Source of the DNA: Octopus vulgaris
Taxonomy: Eukaryota
Length of the DNA stretch: 64,000 nt
Reading direction: 5' to 3'
Assembly (NCBI GenBank): GCA_951406725.2
Contig: OX597817.1
Location: 171,678,001-171,742,000 of the forward strand
Part shown: in pieces, positions 25,255 through 39,415 of the stretch
How positions within the stretch are numbered: the first letter of the stretch is position 1
Layout: each line of letters opens with the position of its first letter
Position numbers and translations under genes: made by a program
The notes under the pieces: model-generated
Database searches by the model: none
Seen by the model: the letters and a program-made list of their open reading frames with translations, nothing else
What the model was told of the DNA's origin: nothing

Positions 25255-25754
25255 TTGCAAGAATGTGTTTCAGTGATTATTAAAAGAAAGTCAATTCTGG
25301 GAAAAAGCTTCATTTTATAAATAATCCGAAAGCGTTCATCTTGAGATAAATTAAAATCTTTCCTTTTTATGAAATTCAATAAAAAAACAAAACATCATGC
25401 TTTATTTATCATGTTCGTTAACTTTTACAAACTTATTTCTCTGCTACAAATTTAACGTTAGGGGCTGTTTTCTCCTTCACGTTTGCAGCTAGCTATAATC
25501 AATGTCCAGCGTTAATTAAATATTCAAATGTTGATCTATTGAGGAAGAATCTTAGTAAACATAACAGAGGCTGGCTTGAGACAGTAATTAAATGCGAACA
25601 GGAAGTTTAAGCTAGAGTATGGCTTTAAGGAAAACCGGGACGTATTGGATGGTTTCTTCAGTAGTCTTTAGGTGTGTAAACTAAATACAGACAGGAAGTC
25701 TGAATAAATCTAGCAATGAATTTCACCTCTGCAAAGAAATTATGCTAAGGTATC

Positions 25755-25974
25755 TTTTATCTTTTCTTTGATCATTTGCTTGTTTCAGTCACTGGACAGT
25801 GGCCATACTGCAGCACCACTTTGATGGGTTTTGATGAACAAGTTGACCCCAGTAAATATTTTTTAAGTGTGGTACTTATTCTGTTGGTCTCTTTAGCTTA
25901 AGTGTTAGGTCAGTGGAACTGTAAGCAAACCACCACCAGTTGTTAAGCATTGGTGGGGGACTAATACAGCATAA

Positions 25975-26007
<33 letters not shown>

Positions 26008-26372
26008 ACAGGGTTCATTCTGTTTCTATCTACAAAATCCACTCACAAGGCTTTGGTTGGACTGGGGCTATGGTAGAAGACGATTGTCTAAGGTGTCATA
26101 TAGTGGGACTGATTCTGAAGACCATGTGGTTGGAAATCAAACTTCTTACTCCATGGCCATGATGCCTGAGCTGATTGACATCCACACCTGAGCTGATTGA
26201 CATCCACACCTGAGCTGATTGACATCCACACCTGAGCTGATTGACATCCACACCTGAGCTGATTGACATCCACACCTGAGCTGATTGACATCCACACCTG
26301 AGCTGATTGACATCCACACCTGAGCTGATTGACATCCACACCTGAGCTGATTGACATCCACACCTGCACCTA
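25755..26372 (-). mobile_element. Old SINE family A copy with a minisatellite inserted in its head
   Basis: Tail, (CA)n hinge and head on the minus strand; 22-bp array interrupts the A-box region. Confidence 0.75.
26165..26366. repeat. Perfect minisatellite 9 x CCTGAGCTGATTGACATCCACA
   Basis: Units start at 26165 and every 22 bp to 26341, plus a final CCTG. Confidence 0.97.
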
Positions 26373-26414
26373 TAACAGAGTCATGTCTGTGTCAATATAT
26401 TCATATATATATAT

Positions 26415-26713
26415 AAGTTGAACAAATTGACCCCAGGACTTATTCTTTGTAAGCCTAGCACTTATTCTATCAGTCTCTTTTGTTGAACTGATAAGTTATG
26501 GGGACATAAACACACCAGCATCGGTTGTCAAGCGATAGGTGGTGGGGGGACAAACATGTATATATGACAGCTTCTTTCAGTTTCTGTCTACCAAATTTGC
26601 TCACAAGGCTTTGGTTGGCCTGAGGATATAGTAGAAGACTTTTGCCCAAGGTTCCATGCAGTGGGACTGAACCCAGAACCATGTGGTTGGGAAACATACC
26701 ACACCTCCATGCC
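26415..26713 (-). mobile_element. SINE family A
   Basis: Partial tail plus head, reverse complement. Confidence 0.8.
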
Positions 26714-26730
26714 TATATATATATATATAT

Positions 26731-26972
26731 CATCATCATCATCATCATCATCATTTAGCGTCCGCTTTCCATGCTAGCATGGGTTGGACGGTTTAACTGG
26801 GGTCTGTGAAGCCGGAAGGCTTCATCAGGCCCAGTCAGATTTGGCAGTGTTTCTACGGCTGGATGCCCTTCCTAACGCCAACCACTCCGCAAGTGTAGTG
26901 GGTGTTTTTTTACGTGCCACCTGCACAGGTGCCAGACAGAGCTGGCACAACGGCCACGAACGGATGGTGCTT
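26731..26972 (-). mobile_element. RTE-type 3' element (family E)
   Basis: (CAT)n-TTAGCGTCCGCTTTCCATGCTAGCATGG..GGATGCCCTTCCTAACGCCAACCAC. Confidence 0.88.
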
Positions 26973-27791
26973 GGTGCATAGATAAGATATATGTGAATGT
27001 ATGTGTATGTATGTATGCATGTGTGTGTGTGTGTATGTGCATGTGCATGTATGTGTGTGCATGCACATTTTCACGTTTGTCATCCCATCACTTAGCAACT
27101 GATGTTGACTTACATTCGTGCATCTTAGTGTTTCATTCAAAAAGAGATTGATAGAATAAGTAGCATACATCAAAAACCATAAGCACTAATGTCAATTTCT
27201 TTGACTAGAAAACCTTTCAAGCTGGTGTCCCAGCAAGGCTGCAGTTCAACGACTGAAATAAACAACAGATGAATAATAAAAGATAAAGAAAAGAAAATAA
27301 ATACTTCAAGCTCAAGGGGTTTTTTTGGGGTTTTTTTTCAGCATTCTAACATCGTGGGTCATTTGGTGCGCAAATAAATACAAGCAATCTCATTGGTTTA
27401 TCATTAACTTTTGTGACAACAGAAGATGTAAAGATTTCTTGCTTAATCACTGGGCCCAGAAAACTGAAGTACATAAGGCATAAAATAAAGAAAATTCCAC
27501 AAACATCTACAAAATAACATCTATTAACAATAAAGCTCCTGCTTTTTATATTTCTTTCTTTTCTTTTTTTTTCCTAGCACCATTCTATAATTTTCTGCAA
27601 ACATCCTTCTTACTTTTTATTGCCTGTTTTCAACTGAAATAACCCTGTTCGATTAAACTGAACACCAGTAAACTGGAAAATTCAATGCAAAGGTTTACTC
27701 CCAGAAAGCAAAACAAGAATAATATATATGCTCAGTTGGCCAAAAAAAAAAAAAAAAAGAAGAAAATACTTTGAAAAGATCCATAAATCTC

Positions 27792-27830
<39 letters not shown>

Positions 27831-28022
27831 AATATATTTTTTTTGAGTCAGCAAGAGTGGGAATGTGCTATCCACAAATGTATCCAGCTAAACATGCTAT
27901 CAAGCATAAGAGTATGATAATACTTCTATATATGTATATAGATGTATCTATATAGTATAATATGTAAAAAAAAGATATATATATTTATATGTACATATAT
28001 ATATATATATATACATACATAC

Positions 28023-28066
<44 letters not shown>

Positions 28067-28132
28067 GTATGTATGTATATATATATATGTACATATAAAT
28101 ATATATATGTTTTTCTGCAAACATCCTTCTTA

Positions 28133-28175
<43 letters not shown>

Positions 28176-28178
28176 CAT

Positions 28179-28222
<44 letters not shown>

Positions 28223-28660
28223 ACACACACAGATGTATAAAATGTACATACATGTATAATGAGATAAATAGAAAGAAAGTGAGAGAGAGAGAGAGAGAAG
28301 CAAACAGACAGGTAAATTAATAGATACAGATAAATGTATTCAGACAAAAAAACAAACAAAAGGGAAGTTGATAATATTGTATAACACACATTTATAATAC
28401 TCCTGGTACACACACTCAAACGCACAGATACACACACATATACACACATGGAATATTTTCGTTAAGAATCTTGCAGTTTATCAACTCCCCGGCTGGAGCA
28501 GCTGGCAAGCAGACAAATGCAAACAGACAAACCAATAAATGGAAACATATGATGGATTAACGATGATGAGAAATCCATTAATTGCTGGGCTTCTATTTGA
28601 AATGCAATAAGAAAACTGAGGATTTTGTGAGATTGCAGAAACTGATAAGGAATTCTTTAT

Positions 28661-28890
28661 TTAACCCTTTCATGACCAACCCTGCTGAAACCAGCTCTGG
28701 CTCTGACTACAAATGTCTTGTTTCCATAAGTTTTGAATTAAAATCTTCCACCAAACCTTAGTCACAAGTTATGTTCCTAACATTAGCTTAATTATATAAC
28801 TAAGTTATTTTACTAAATTCTTTGTCATATTTAAAGTAATTGAAAGAAACACAGAGCATCTCAAAATAAATACAGTAATGAAAGAGTTAA
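28661..28890. mobile_element. TTAA-flanked piggyBac-like MITE
   Basis: TTAA-CCCTTTCAT ... ATGAAAGAG-TTAA termini; related older copy near 7044-7245. Confidence 0.75.
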
Positions 28891-29556
28891 TTTGAAAGAA
28901 TGATGCTGTAACGATACAGTTATTGGCAATCATTGAATGAATAAATCCAAAACAAATTTTTTTAGTTTTTTTTTTACTTTTATAAGCAACTCATATAAAT
29001 TGTTTTGGTTTTCTTTTTACCATTTTTCTTGTAGATCAAAGTATCTGAGACTATCTGGTTCTGTGATTTCGTATCATTATTGACATTTAATGTCTATGTT
29101 CCATGTTGTCATAGGCAACATAGTTTGACAGGGTCTGATGGGGTCACTGACTGCATTATGTTTCAAAATCTGCTTTGCACTGGTTTCTACAGTTGAATGT
29201 CCTTCCTGATACCAACCATTTTTCAATGTATCCTGGATGCCTTTTTGCATGGCACCAGCACTAGTGAGGTCACCATTTACCTTGAAAGACTAAAATTGCC
29301 TTTGACTTAGTAGAGTTGCAATAGAGAAGGAAGTAACATTATGCTAGGAGATGAGAGAAGGGCCAGAAAAAAAGAGGGTTTCTTGCTGTACAGAGCTACA
29401 TGGCTATTCACATTATAAAAGAGCAGTTAGGAATGACAGGGGTGGAGCTGGGAAGGGATAAAATAGTGGGGATGAGGCATCAGGGTTGACCATCAAAGCA
29501 CAAACAAGGTGAATAGAAGTGAGAGGTGACAGGAGAACAAGAAAAATGAATTTCAA

Positions 29557-29742
29557 AATGATGATGATGACGATGATGAGGATGAGGATGATGATGACAA
29601 TAATGATGACGACGATGACGATGATGATGATGTTGATGACGATGATGACAATGAGGATGAGGAGGAAAATGAGGATGATGATGACAATAATGATGACGAC
29701 GACGACGACGATGACGATGATGATGATGTTGATGACGATGAT
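29557..29742. repeat. (GAT/GAC)n tract
   Basis: Directly visible. Confidence 0.95.
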
Positions 29743-29931
29743 GGTTCCATTTTCATATCTGAATATGAAGAGTATGTTGGGAATAAAAATATGGCATTGA
29801 TTAAATGAGTGGTTTGGTTTTATTTTTTTTTTATGTAGTTATTCACAAAATATTAACAGATTACACTTAGACATGTTATATACTATATGTTTATATATAT
29901 ATCTATCTATCTATATATATATATATATCTT

Positions 29932-29963
<32 letters not shown>

Positions 29964-30229
29964 CTCACACACACACACATATATATAGCCTTTTGCAGTA
30001 TCAGTTTTTTTTCTGATAAATTTATGGTTTTATTAGTAAGTGATAACTAATAGTTCACTGTAGAACTAAACACCATTGTTAGAATCAATAGTTTATAGAC
30101 TGTCGGTGATGTACTGCTATGTATATTCCTGGCAAAGTTACAAAGTCATTAAATTCTTGCTCTGTTGACCTAGTTCTAAATATTTTGTTATTGTTGTTGT
30201 TATATTCATCATTATTAAACCTCAGCATC

Positions 30230-30550
30230 TCGCTAAGGTTGACTTTGCCTTTTCATCGCTTCAGGGTCAAAAAATAAATACCTGTTGAACATTGGGGTTG
30301 ATGTAATTGACTAGCACCTCCCTACAAAATTTCGGGCCTTGTGTCTTGCAAGCTAGCAGAATCCTTACTGCACTGAGCAAAATGCTTAGTGGCATTTCGT
30401 CTGTCTGCATGTTCTGAGTTCAAATTCCATTGAGGTCAACTTTGTTTTTTACCATTTCAGGGTCGATAAAATAAGTACCAGTTAAGCATTGAGGTCAATA
30501 TCATCAACTTACCTCTCCCTCAAAATTGTTGGCCTCATGCCAAAATTCAA
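30230..30550 (+). mobile_element. Two tandem family C SINE pieces
   Basis: GGTTGACTTTGCCTTTTCATC..GGGTC and GCTAGCAGAATC..GGTCGATAAAATAAGTACCAG. Confidence 0.7.
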
Positions 30551-30561
30551 AATCATTATTA

Positions 30562-30605
<44 letters not shown>

Positions 30606-30612
30606 TTTATTT

Positions 30613-30890
30613 ATGTGCCCTTTTCGAGCCTAGCCAGGCTCATGGGCCTGGTTTCCCGGTTTCTGTGCCGTATGTGTTGCCCCAGCTGAACGGGACACCA
30701 GTCCATCGCAGCATTACTCAAGAAACAGCAAGAAAGAGTGAGAGAAAGTTGGGGCGAAAGAGTACAACAGGGGTCGCCACCACCCTCTGCTGGAGCCTTG
30801 TGGAGCTTTGGGCATTTTTGCTCAATAAACACACACAACGCCTGGTCTGGGAATCGAAACCGCGATCCTCCAACCGTGAGTCAGCTGCCT
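30613..30890 (-). mobile_element. CORE-type tRNA SINE (family D variant)
   Basis: Minus strand GGATCGCGGTTTCGATTCCCAGACC (B box)..TTTATTGAGCAAAAA..GCTCGAAAAGGGCAC; same subfamily as 40160-40355. Confidence 0.8.
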
Positions 30891-31109
30891 CAATTATTAT
30901 TATTATTATTATTATCATCATCATTGTTTTAATATCTTTTTCATTTTCCATGCTTGTATGGGTGAAACTGAATTTATTGAGACATATTTTCTAAAGTCTG
31001 ATGCCCTTATCTGTTTCCAAATTTAGTAATATTTTCCCTTGATATTTTAGCAAAATATTGGAAATGACTAACACACACACACATACACACACACACACAA
31101 AGTAAAGAT

Positions 31110-31350
31110 AAAGTTACTTTCTTGAATCATACCGACTCATAAGGGCCAGCTTCATGGATTCGTGGCGTATATATACTTCACCTGGATAGAACCCCAGTCC
31201 ATTGCAGTGTTACTCATTTTTGCCAGCTCAGTGGTCTGGAGCAATGTGAAATGAAGTGTTTGCTCAAGAATACAATGTGTTGCCTGGTACAGGAATTGAA
31301 ACCACAATCTTACGATCATGAGTCCAACACCCTAACCACTAAGCCATGCA
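31110..31350 (-). mobile_element. CORE-type tRNA SINE (family D)
   Basis: Reverse complement of the 20500-20750 type. Confidence 0.78.
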
Positions 31351-31357
31351 CATCTAC

Positions 31358-31404
<47 letters not shown>

Positions 31405-32137
31405 TTGCCTCTCTGACACATGCATGCACATAAACTGGGCTTCTTTAAGTTTTCATCTACCAAATCCACTCCAAAGGTTTTAGTCAGCCCAGAACTGAAG
31501 TGGAAAACACTTGTCTAATGTACCATGAAGTGTGACCAAACATGAAACCATGTCTAGGAAACAACCTATATATATATATGTATGTATGTATGTGAGGGTG
31601 TATGTATGCACATGTTGTGTGTGTGTGGTGGGGTATATGTATATATATGAAGGTTTATATGTGCATTCATTTGCTGTATATCTGTTCTTTCAGGTTTGGA
31701 TGCATTATATGAATTGAGGCATTGATTTACTCTACAGCTGGATGCTCTTCCTGTCCCTAACTATTACATATTTTCAATTAAGTAAGAGATATCTTGTTTC
31801 CCACAGAATTCAGATGGAATTCATTTAAGGCAGATTGTATTTTGTATAGTCGGATGCTTTCTGTGTTGCCAATCCTCACTACTTCCCAAGCAAGGTACTT
31901 TTTACCCGTGACCAGACGTGTTTCCATAGAAGACTGCAAACAAGCAGCACCACTTGTGATGATTGTGATGCTTGCTCACAATTATTAAGCAATGTCAAGA
32001 CAAGGACACACACAGACACACACACGCACATGCATGTACATGCACACACATATATATGCACACTCTCACACACACACACACATGCTGCTCTTTACAAGAA
32101 TGGCAAAGTAAATATTAAAATGATGATCACACATACA

Positions 32138-32175
<38 letters not shown>

Positions 32176-32202
32176 CAAGCATATATATATATACATACAT
32201 GC

Positions 32203-32233
<31 letters not shown>

Positions 32234-32268
32234 CATGCATATACATATATATATATATATATATATGC

Positions 32269-32345
<77 letters not shown>

Positions 32346-33801
32346 CATACATATACTTGTGTAAATTTGTTATCTGTGTGTGTGTGTGTATGTGTATGCA
32401 TGCATGTGTCTGTGAATGTGTGTCTGCTTAATGGAACTCACTCATATATTTCAATAGGGCATATGTTTCATTTGTAAATTGCTTTCTCATATATCATATA
32501 TGAGAAAGGCTGGACATTATTGTATGTCTCGAAATTCCTTTTTCTTCTTTCCCCCCCGACCCCCCCTCTTTTTGTTGCATTTGATGATGACGATGATGAT
32601 GATGACGATGATGATGATGACGATGATGATGATGACGATGATGATGACGATGACAATGATGCTGCTGACGAGGTAGATGCATTAGACTATAATATTAATC
32701 AATCGATAGGGTCGCTTATTGAAAGAGCTTTCATTAATGGCTTTGATTATCCATTATAGCTTCATATTTAACAAACCATTAACAGTTGAATGTCACTATA
32801 GCTTTGCAAATTCAAGGGTGTCAACAAATTGAATACCAGGGGGTGGTGGCTGAGATAACACTTTACCCTATCATTTTAGACCCCTCTTGGGTACCACTGC
32901 TACATTATAAACACCTTGGTATGATTCGGTGATACAACCTTCTAACTTTTAACCCTACTCTAAGTTTACACACATGCAAATGTCTCAAACAGTCTCCTGG
33001 TTTTACTAACACAATGTAATACAAAAAATAATTCATACATACATATATATGTGTGTGTGTGTACATATATATATATATGTATATATGTGTGTGTGTGTAT
33101 ATATTATATAATATGAACAATATATATATAAAGAATATTAATGAAATGGTTCAATGTCGGCAGAACATCTGTACCATTCCTTTGTAACTATTCAATTCAA
33201 TACGATATAAATTCTTCAGCAGGCATGATACTATTGGAACAGAACAAATAACTCTATTCAGCACTGATGAGAAATAGGTACCAACTGTAATTTGCAGATG
33301 ACTAGTTTGGCCTAAAGGGTAATTTGATTTGCAGCACAAACTGACTCGCCAGTCTTTGAATGGAGTCATTGCGAAGACTTACGGAAAACCTCACTCACTC
33401 ACATACTCATGCGTGCACACATCTATGGACACATGCACCAAACATGTGAGTGCATAAATATATGCATACACACATGTATGTATATTCTATTATATATATA
33501 TATGTATATTGTACAGATCATCTGTTGTGCTTCAGCGATCACTTGCATTTGGAACAACATCCAATGCAAAAGCTGCAAATAATCACAATAGTGATACATA
33601 GATAGGGAACAAATGATATAAACTTTTATATATAATAATTTCTCTCTCACACACACATATATAATTGCTTTAAATATATTTTTAAGCCAAAGCAATGGTG
33701 TCCAGGGAAATATTACTAACCATGAACTTGTATCGTTAATATTTTATAACACGCATTGCTTTTTGCTTTAAAAAATATAACATTTATATATATATATATA
33801 T

Positions 33802-33997
33802 AATATTAATTAGAGACAAAACCACTATTTTGCAAATCAAACAAAGAAAGACTTAATCCAATACATAAAACAATTTTAATATAAATTAAATAAAATTATA
33901 TTCGCCACTACAATTGTTTCATGTCTCTTCTCAGGACATTCATCAGGTGGATTTCAGATCTTCTATTCTATTTTAAGTTATGAAGTGAATTTTTATT
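33802..33997 (-). mobile_element. Penelope-like remnant in (TA)n
   Basis: (TA)n flanks; contains a hammerhead; end GAGACAAAACCACTATTTTGCAAAT recurs at about 54383-54407. Confidence 0.65.
33905..33950 (-). ncRNA. Minimal type I hammerhead ribozyme motif
   Basis: CCAC-CUGAUGA-AUGUC(CUGAGAAGA)GACAU-GAAAC-AAUU-GUA-GUGG; all stems Watson-Crick; palindromic stem III ACAAUUGU. Confidence 0.85.
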
Positions 33998-34034
33998 ATA
34001 TATATATATATACATACATACATACATATATTTA

Positions 34035-34290
34035 CCAACTAAGTGTGATGTCCTATACAGGACAGTGCTACTGTTGTTTATAGCCCCATGAAGACATCTC
34101 CTCCAGCTGGTTAATGGCACACAGTCTGTGTTTGATTAGTATTTGTGAGGGAAGGTGAGAGCGATGATCTCCCCTCGCAAATACTAATCGGACACAGACT
34201 GTGTGTCATTAGCCAGCTGGAGGAGATCTCTTCCTGGGCCTTTAAAAACAACAGTAGCACTGTCCTGTATAGGATGTCACACTTAGTTGG
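34035..34290. repeat. Long palindrome (~117-bp arms, ~20-nt loop), TE-derived
   Basis: CCAACTAAGTGTGA..TTTGTGAGGG inverted as CCCTCGCAAA..TCACACTTAGTTGG; related to 10105-10494. Confidence 0.93.
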
Positions 34291-34363
34291 CAAGTATATG
34301 TTACGATTCCATACCACTGCTATTTATATCTCACTTAGAGATTTAATTTAACATATCTGTCTC

Positions 34364-34411
<48 letters not shown>

Positions 34412-35212
34412 CATATATACACACACATGCACACACACATACATATGTATACACACACACAATGAGCTTTTGCACTGATTCTGTCAACTGAATTCCACTG
34501 ACAAAATATAACTTGATCCAAAGCTGTGGTTGAAAAGTCAGACCCAAATTGCCATTCACAGTGGGATCAAATCTTAAACTACCTGGTTGTGATTTGATCC
34601 CATTAATCCTTAATTGGAGACACCCATTTCTTCACCGACATAACAACTACAACAAAATAACACGATAACAGCGTCAATAACATTTTATTTCTATGTAACA
34701 ATATTCAAAGTCATATTAACCTTAAAAAAAATGTATGTCTCTAAAAAGTCTATAAGATTAGAATAGATTAGAAAAGATCATGAGTGTAGTCAATGAAATG
34801 TTATATCACTCGTATCAATAAAGAAAACTAAATAGATGCTTTTATTTTCCTTAAGGTTTTTTTTTTATGATGGATAATTATATCTTTATTAAAAAGAGGT
34901 CATCCAATCTTTTGTAATGTAAACAATGAATAATTGATTGAGCTGTGTTAAGTTGTATGTTGAGGATGAGGTCTTTCCTCATTTGTTGAAGTGGGACCGT
35001 CATTCATATTTCTTGTTATATTATCCTTTTTTTTTTATCAGTGATTTGTGAGGTGAATGGAGGTCACTTCGAAGCTATTATATTCCAAAAGATGAATAGG
35101 TTGAGCAAGTTATATTTTCACCCATCTTGGACTTAAGTCTGCTACATATATAATACTGGTCAAAGTACATATGCCACCCCTACATATGTATCTATTTAGG
35201 CATATAAGCTTT

Positions 35213-35247
<35 letters not shown>

Positions 35248-35852
35248 TGAATATATATGTATAGGTACATAATCAAACAGTTGTTGCATGTGTTAGAATC
35301 TAGGTATTATAACATTTAGGAGACCAGGAAAGGGTCCAGCCCCGCACATACATACATTTATTATACATATACATACATTTATATATGCCCATATATATAT
35401 ACATATATACATACGCATAGGTTTCTGATTCAATGCAAGTTACAGGGATGGTTCCAGATGACAGATGTAGCATTTGTATAAAAGAACAACACAAGTGGAG
35501 CTGAAAGATTTACAAAAGCTGTTTCAATGTGTATACACACACACACACACACATATTTATACACACACACACACACATGGGCATCACAAAAATAAGGGAG
35601 CATCATGTTTGAAAGATATATTTCAAGAAACAAAATAATGCCATTTGATGTATCTAAATATTTAATCTAGTATTTACAAGACATGCCTTGTGCAGTTTCT
35701 AACAATTTAACATCTTTGGACAATGAATAGTATCTGCATAGATTTAAAAAATGTATAACAAGGAGTGTCTATTTACTTTTGAGTCAGCAGTGTGTACACG
35801 ACTGTGTGTGTGTGTGTGTGTGTATGTGTGTGTGTGTGTTTGTGTGCCACAT

Positions 35853-36030
35853 CTGTGCTGGCACCAAGTAAAGGTACCAATGCTGGTGTCATGTATAAAA
35901 AAGCATCTTGCTGTAAAAACCATGCCAAAGCAGACTGGTGCCTGGTGCATCTCTCTGGCTTGCTAGCTCCTGTGAAATCATCTAACCCATGCCAGCATGG
36001 AAAACGGATGTTAAAGGATGACAATGATGA
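35853..36030 (+). mobile_element. Degenerate family E tail
   Basis: GTGCTGGCACC..CCCATGCCAGCATGGAAAACGGATGTTAAA-GATGA. Confidence 0.65.
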
Positions 36031-38089
36031 TATACTCATAAAGTAATAATGATTTGTGTGCTTGCATGTGTGCATGTGTGTGTGAGTGTGTGTGTGTAAG
36101 TCTGTGTATAAAAGTAGGTAGGACAAGTATCTGCTGTGTTCAAAGAAAGCAAGAAGCAATCTAAAAGCATCTGCATGAATGTCTCCACCACAACACAAAG
36201 ATGTCAGTGAGTTCAAAGACAAAATGCATTATGGACAGTGAAACTTACAGAGCATATAAGATACATCTTTAAACTCTTGCACTTCTAGATCCATACAATT
36301 ACCACAAAGAATAGAAAACAGAAAGTAGAATACAGAGACGGAGTGAAATATATTGACAGCATAAAACCTTGAAAGAGAAAAAAAAAAATTAAAGAAAATT
36401 TTTTTGGTCGTGTGGTTAAGAAGCTTGCTTTGCAACCATGTGATTTCAGGTTCAGTCCTACTGTGCAGCACATTAACTCTTTAGCATTCAGATTATTCTG
36501 TCAAATGTAATGCTTGATTTATTCCCATTGTATTGAATTAATCATGCATTATCTTTATTGCTTTGAGATTTTGATGATGTGGTTGCTTTTCTTTTTTTTT
36601 ACAATGACGTAATAGGGTAGGTGTGAGAGTTCAGATCTGGTAAAATAATACATAAAACAGGTAAAATAATAATATAAGGGGTTCCATTTTCTTATAGAAA
36701 AAGAGGAAAAGGGTGAATAGATAATGTTGTTTACTGGCCTCAGATTGGCCTCATGGATATGCTTAATACTTAAGCAAGATGTCAATGGTTCCTCATGTTT
36801 TATATTGAAAGGTTAATTATCATTGTCCCACCATTGCCATACAACATTCATTTTCCATGTTGGCATTGGTTGGTTGGTTTGACAGGAGCTAGCAAGCTTT
36901 ACTGTCTGTTTTGGCATGATTTCTACCACTGGATGCCCTTCTTAATACCAAAGCCCTCCCTAATGACAAATTTCCTCCCTAATGCCCAATACACATTTAA
37001 ATGCTGATGCCCATCCTGATACCAAATTCAAAACTCAGTATTTGAACACAGAACATAAAGAGATGGTACACAAATAATTCTTTCTGTCCAATTTTGTAGC
37101 AATTCAGCTGATTTACCCAACAATAATAAAATGCTATTTTGACCAAATACCATCCATCTGTAGTACTAAGTGTAAAATCACAGCTGTCAGTAACCACAAT
37201 CTCTACTTTAGACCACCTACTGAGACAAAAGACAATGAAGCATCACCATTATCGTCCACTACAATTTCAAGACATTATCATTAAAATGGAGGAGCACTTT
37301 TTGAGTAGGAAGAAAAATAAATTGTTTTTAATGGAGGCCTCTGGTGGGGAAACAAATGTCAAAATTACCATCTCCTTGATAATGAATAGTAAACTTTACC
37401 CTTTTATGAGGAAACTGTTTGTGATAAGGAGAAGATGCAAGAGTTTATTCTCTATCAACCAACCTTCACATCAAATTTAACCGATTCCATTCCGTCTTCA
37501 AAAGACAGATATATGTTTACCTTGTTGCAACGGCTTTGATAGTTCAAAGGCTGCAGCATTTTAACCTATTCGTATAATTTCTGACCAAGTAGTAGAGTAC
37601 GTGGAGAATAAAATTAAGCCAAGGAAGATTTGGGATTAAGCTACTTAAAAGTAGCATTAACTTGCAATGGGAAGTGGACGGACGTTAAAGGCATTTATCA
37701 CAAAGTGTGTTGGAGAGACAGACCACTGTGCCGGCATAGGTATGTGATGTGAATGGATGACATCTGTTGGATGAAAAATTGCCATGTGTTGACAGTAGAA
37801 CTACCACCACCACCACCAAAACCACCAAAACCACCACACTTGTCTTCTTTTACTTGTCCATTACAACACCATTAAATTACTGAAGAAATCACCTCTTCAT
37901 CATCTTCGTCTTCCATTGCTCACTTTGAAATGGCAATGATACTGACGATGTGAGCCTCTAGTTGTACAGACACTTACTGTGAGTGAAAGTGTGTATTGGA
38001 TGTCTGCTTCTATCTTGATGCAAAGCACTTCATTTACAAAACGGGACACAGATACGTACAAACACATGCATACATTACATACATTACAT

Positions 38090-38501
38090 ACATACATTTG
38101 TGCATGTATATATGCACATAGATAGATATAAATATATGTGCATATATATATGTATAATATATGTATATATATATGTGTGTGTGTGTATATACATACATAT
38201 ACATATGTATATATATACATATACATATATGTACATATATATATGTATATATACATATACATGTATATATATACACACATATATATATGTATATATATAG
38301 ATATACATATATAAACATATATATACCTATATATGCATATACATACATATGCACATATATATATGTATATATGCATATACATTCATACACACATATATAT
38401 ATGTATATATGCATATACATACATACATACATATATATATATATACATGTATGTATATATTCATATACATACATGCATACATATGTATATATGTATATAT
38501 G

Positions 38502-38562
<61 letters not shown>
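38090..38562. repeat. (TA/CA/TG)n compound dinucleotide tract
   Basis: Directly visible. Confidence 0.95.
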
Positions 38563-38564
<2 letters not shown>

Positions 38565-38831
38565 CCTGCTTCTCTACAGTTTCCATCTTTCCACTTCATT
38601 CACAAGGGCATAGAGTAGACAATACTTGGCCCCAAAGTGGTGCAGAGTGGAACTGAACTCCAGCTTCTTAATAACACTGTCATATTTATTTATTTATTTA
38701 TTTATTGCTTCTGAAGCTTTTTTTTTTTTTTTCTCTTCTCTTGGTGAATGTCATTAAAATCCTGACACAATTGTTCATACTTTCAGATTCAATTTAATGA
38801 GAAACGACAACCTTGCTGACTTGAAGGACAA

Positions 38832-39260
<429 letters not shown>

Positions 39261-39267
39261 ATTACTA

Positions 39268-39415
39268 CCCATGTATTTTAATTTAACTTGAAAAAAAAAT
39301 GTAAAAAATGAACGAACTATTGAGTTTAGTTTAATGGCCTACCAATGTATACTAGGAGTCAGGAAGACACTCGGCAAGAAATGGAAGCAAATTTGAAAGA
39401 AGAAAAAAAAAAAAA
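39268..39415 (+). mobile_element. Dong/R4-like 3' UTR fragment in (TAA)n
   Basis: Near-identical to 9153-9320, with a short internal deletion between repeated CTA triplets. Confidence 0.7.

Noticed and set aside
26165-26366. CRISPR-like array (also 7881-8020)
   Set aside because: No unique spacers, no cas genes, eukaryotic context.
28615-28650. CTGAGGA..GAAAC
   Set aside because: No stem II pairing.
37139-37600. 113-aa ORF or CR1-like LINE fossil (DKEK.QEF; FDSSKA)
   Set aside because: Similarity too weak and frame-broken to call.
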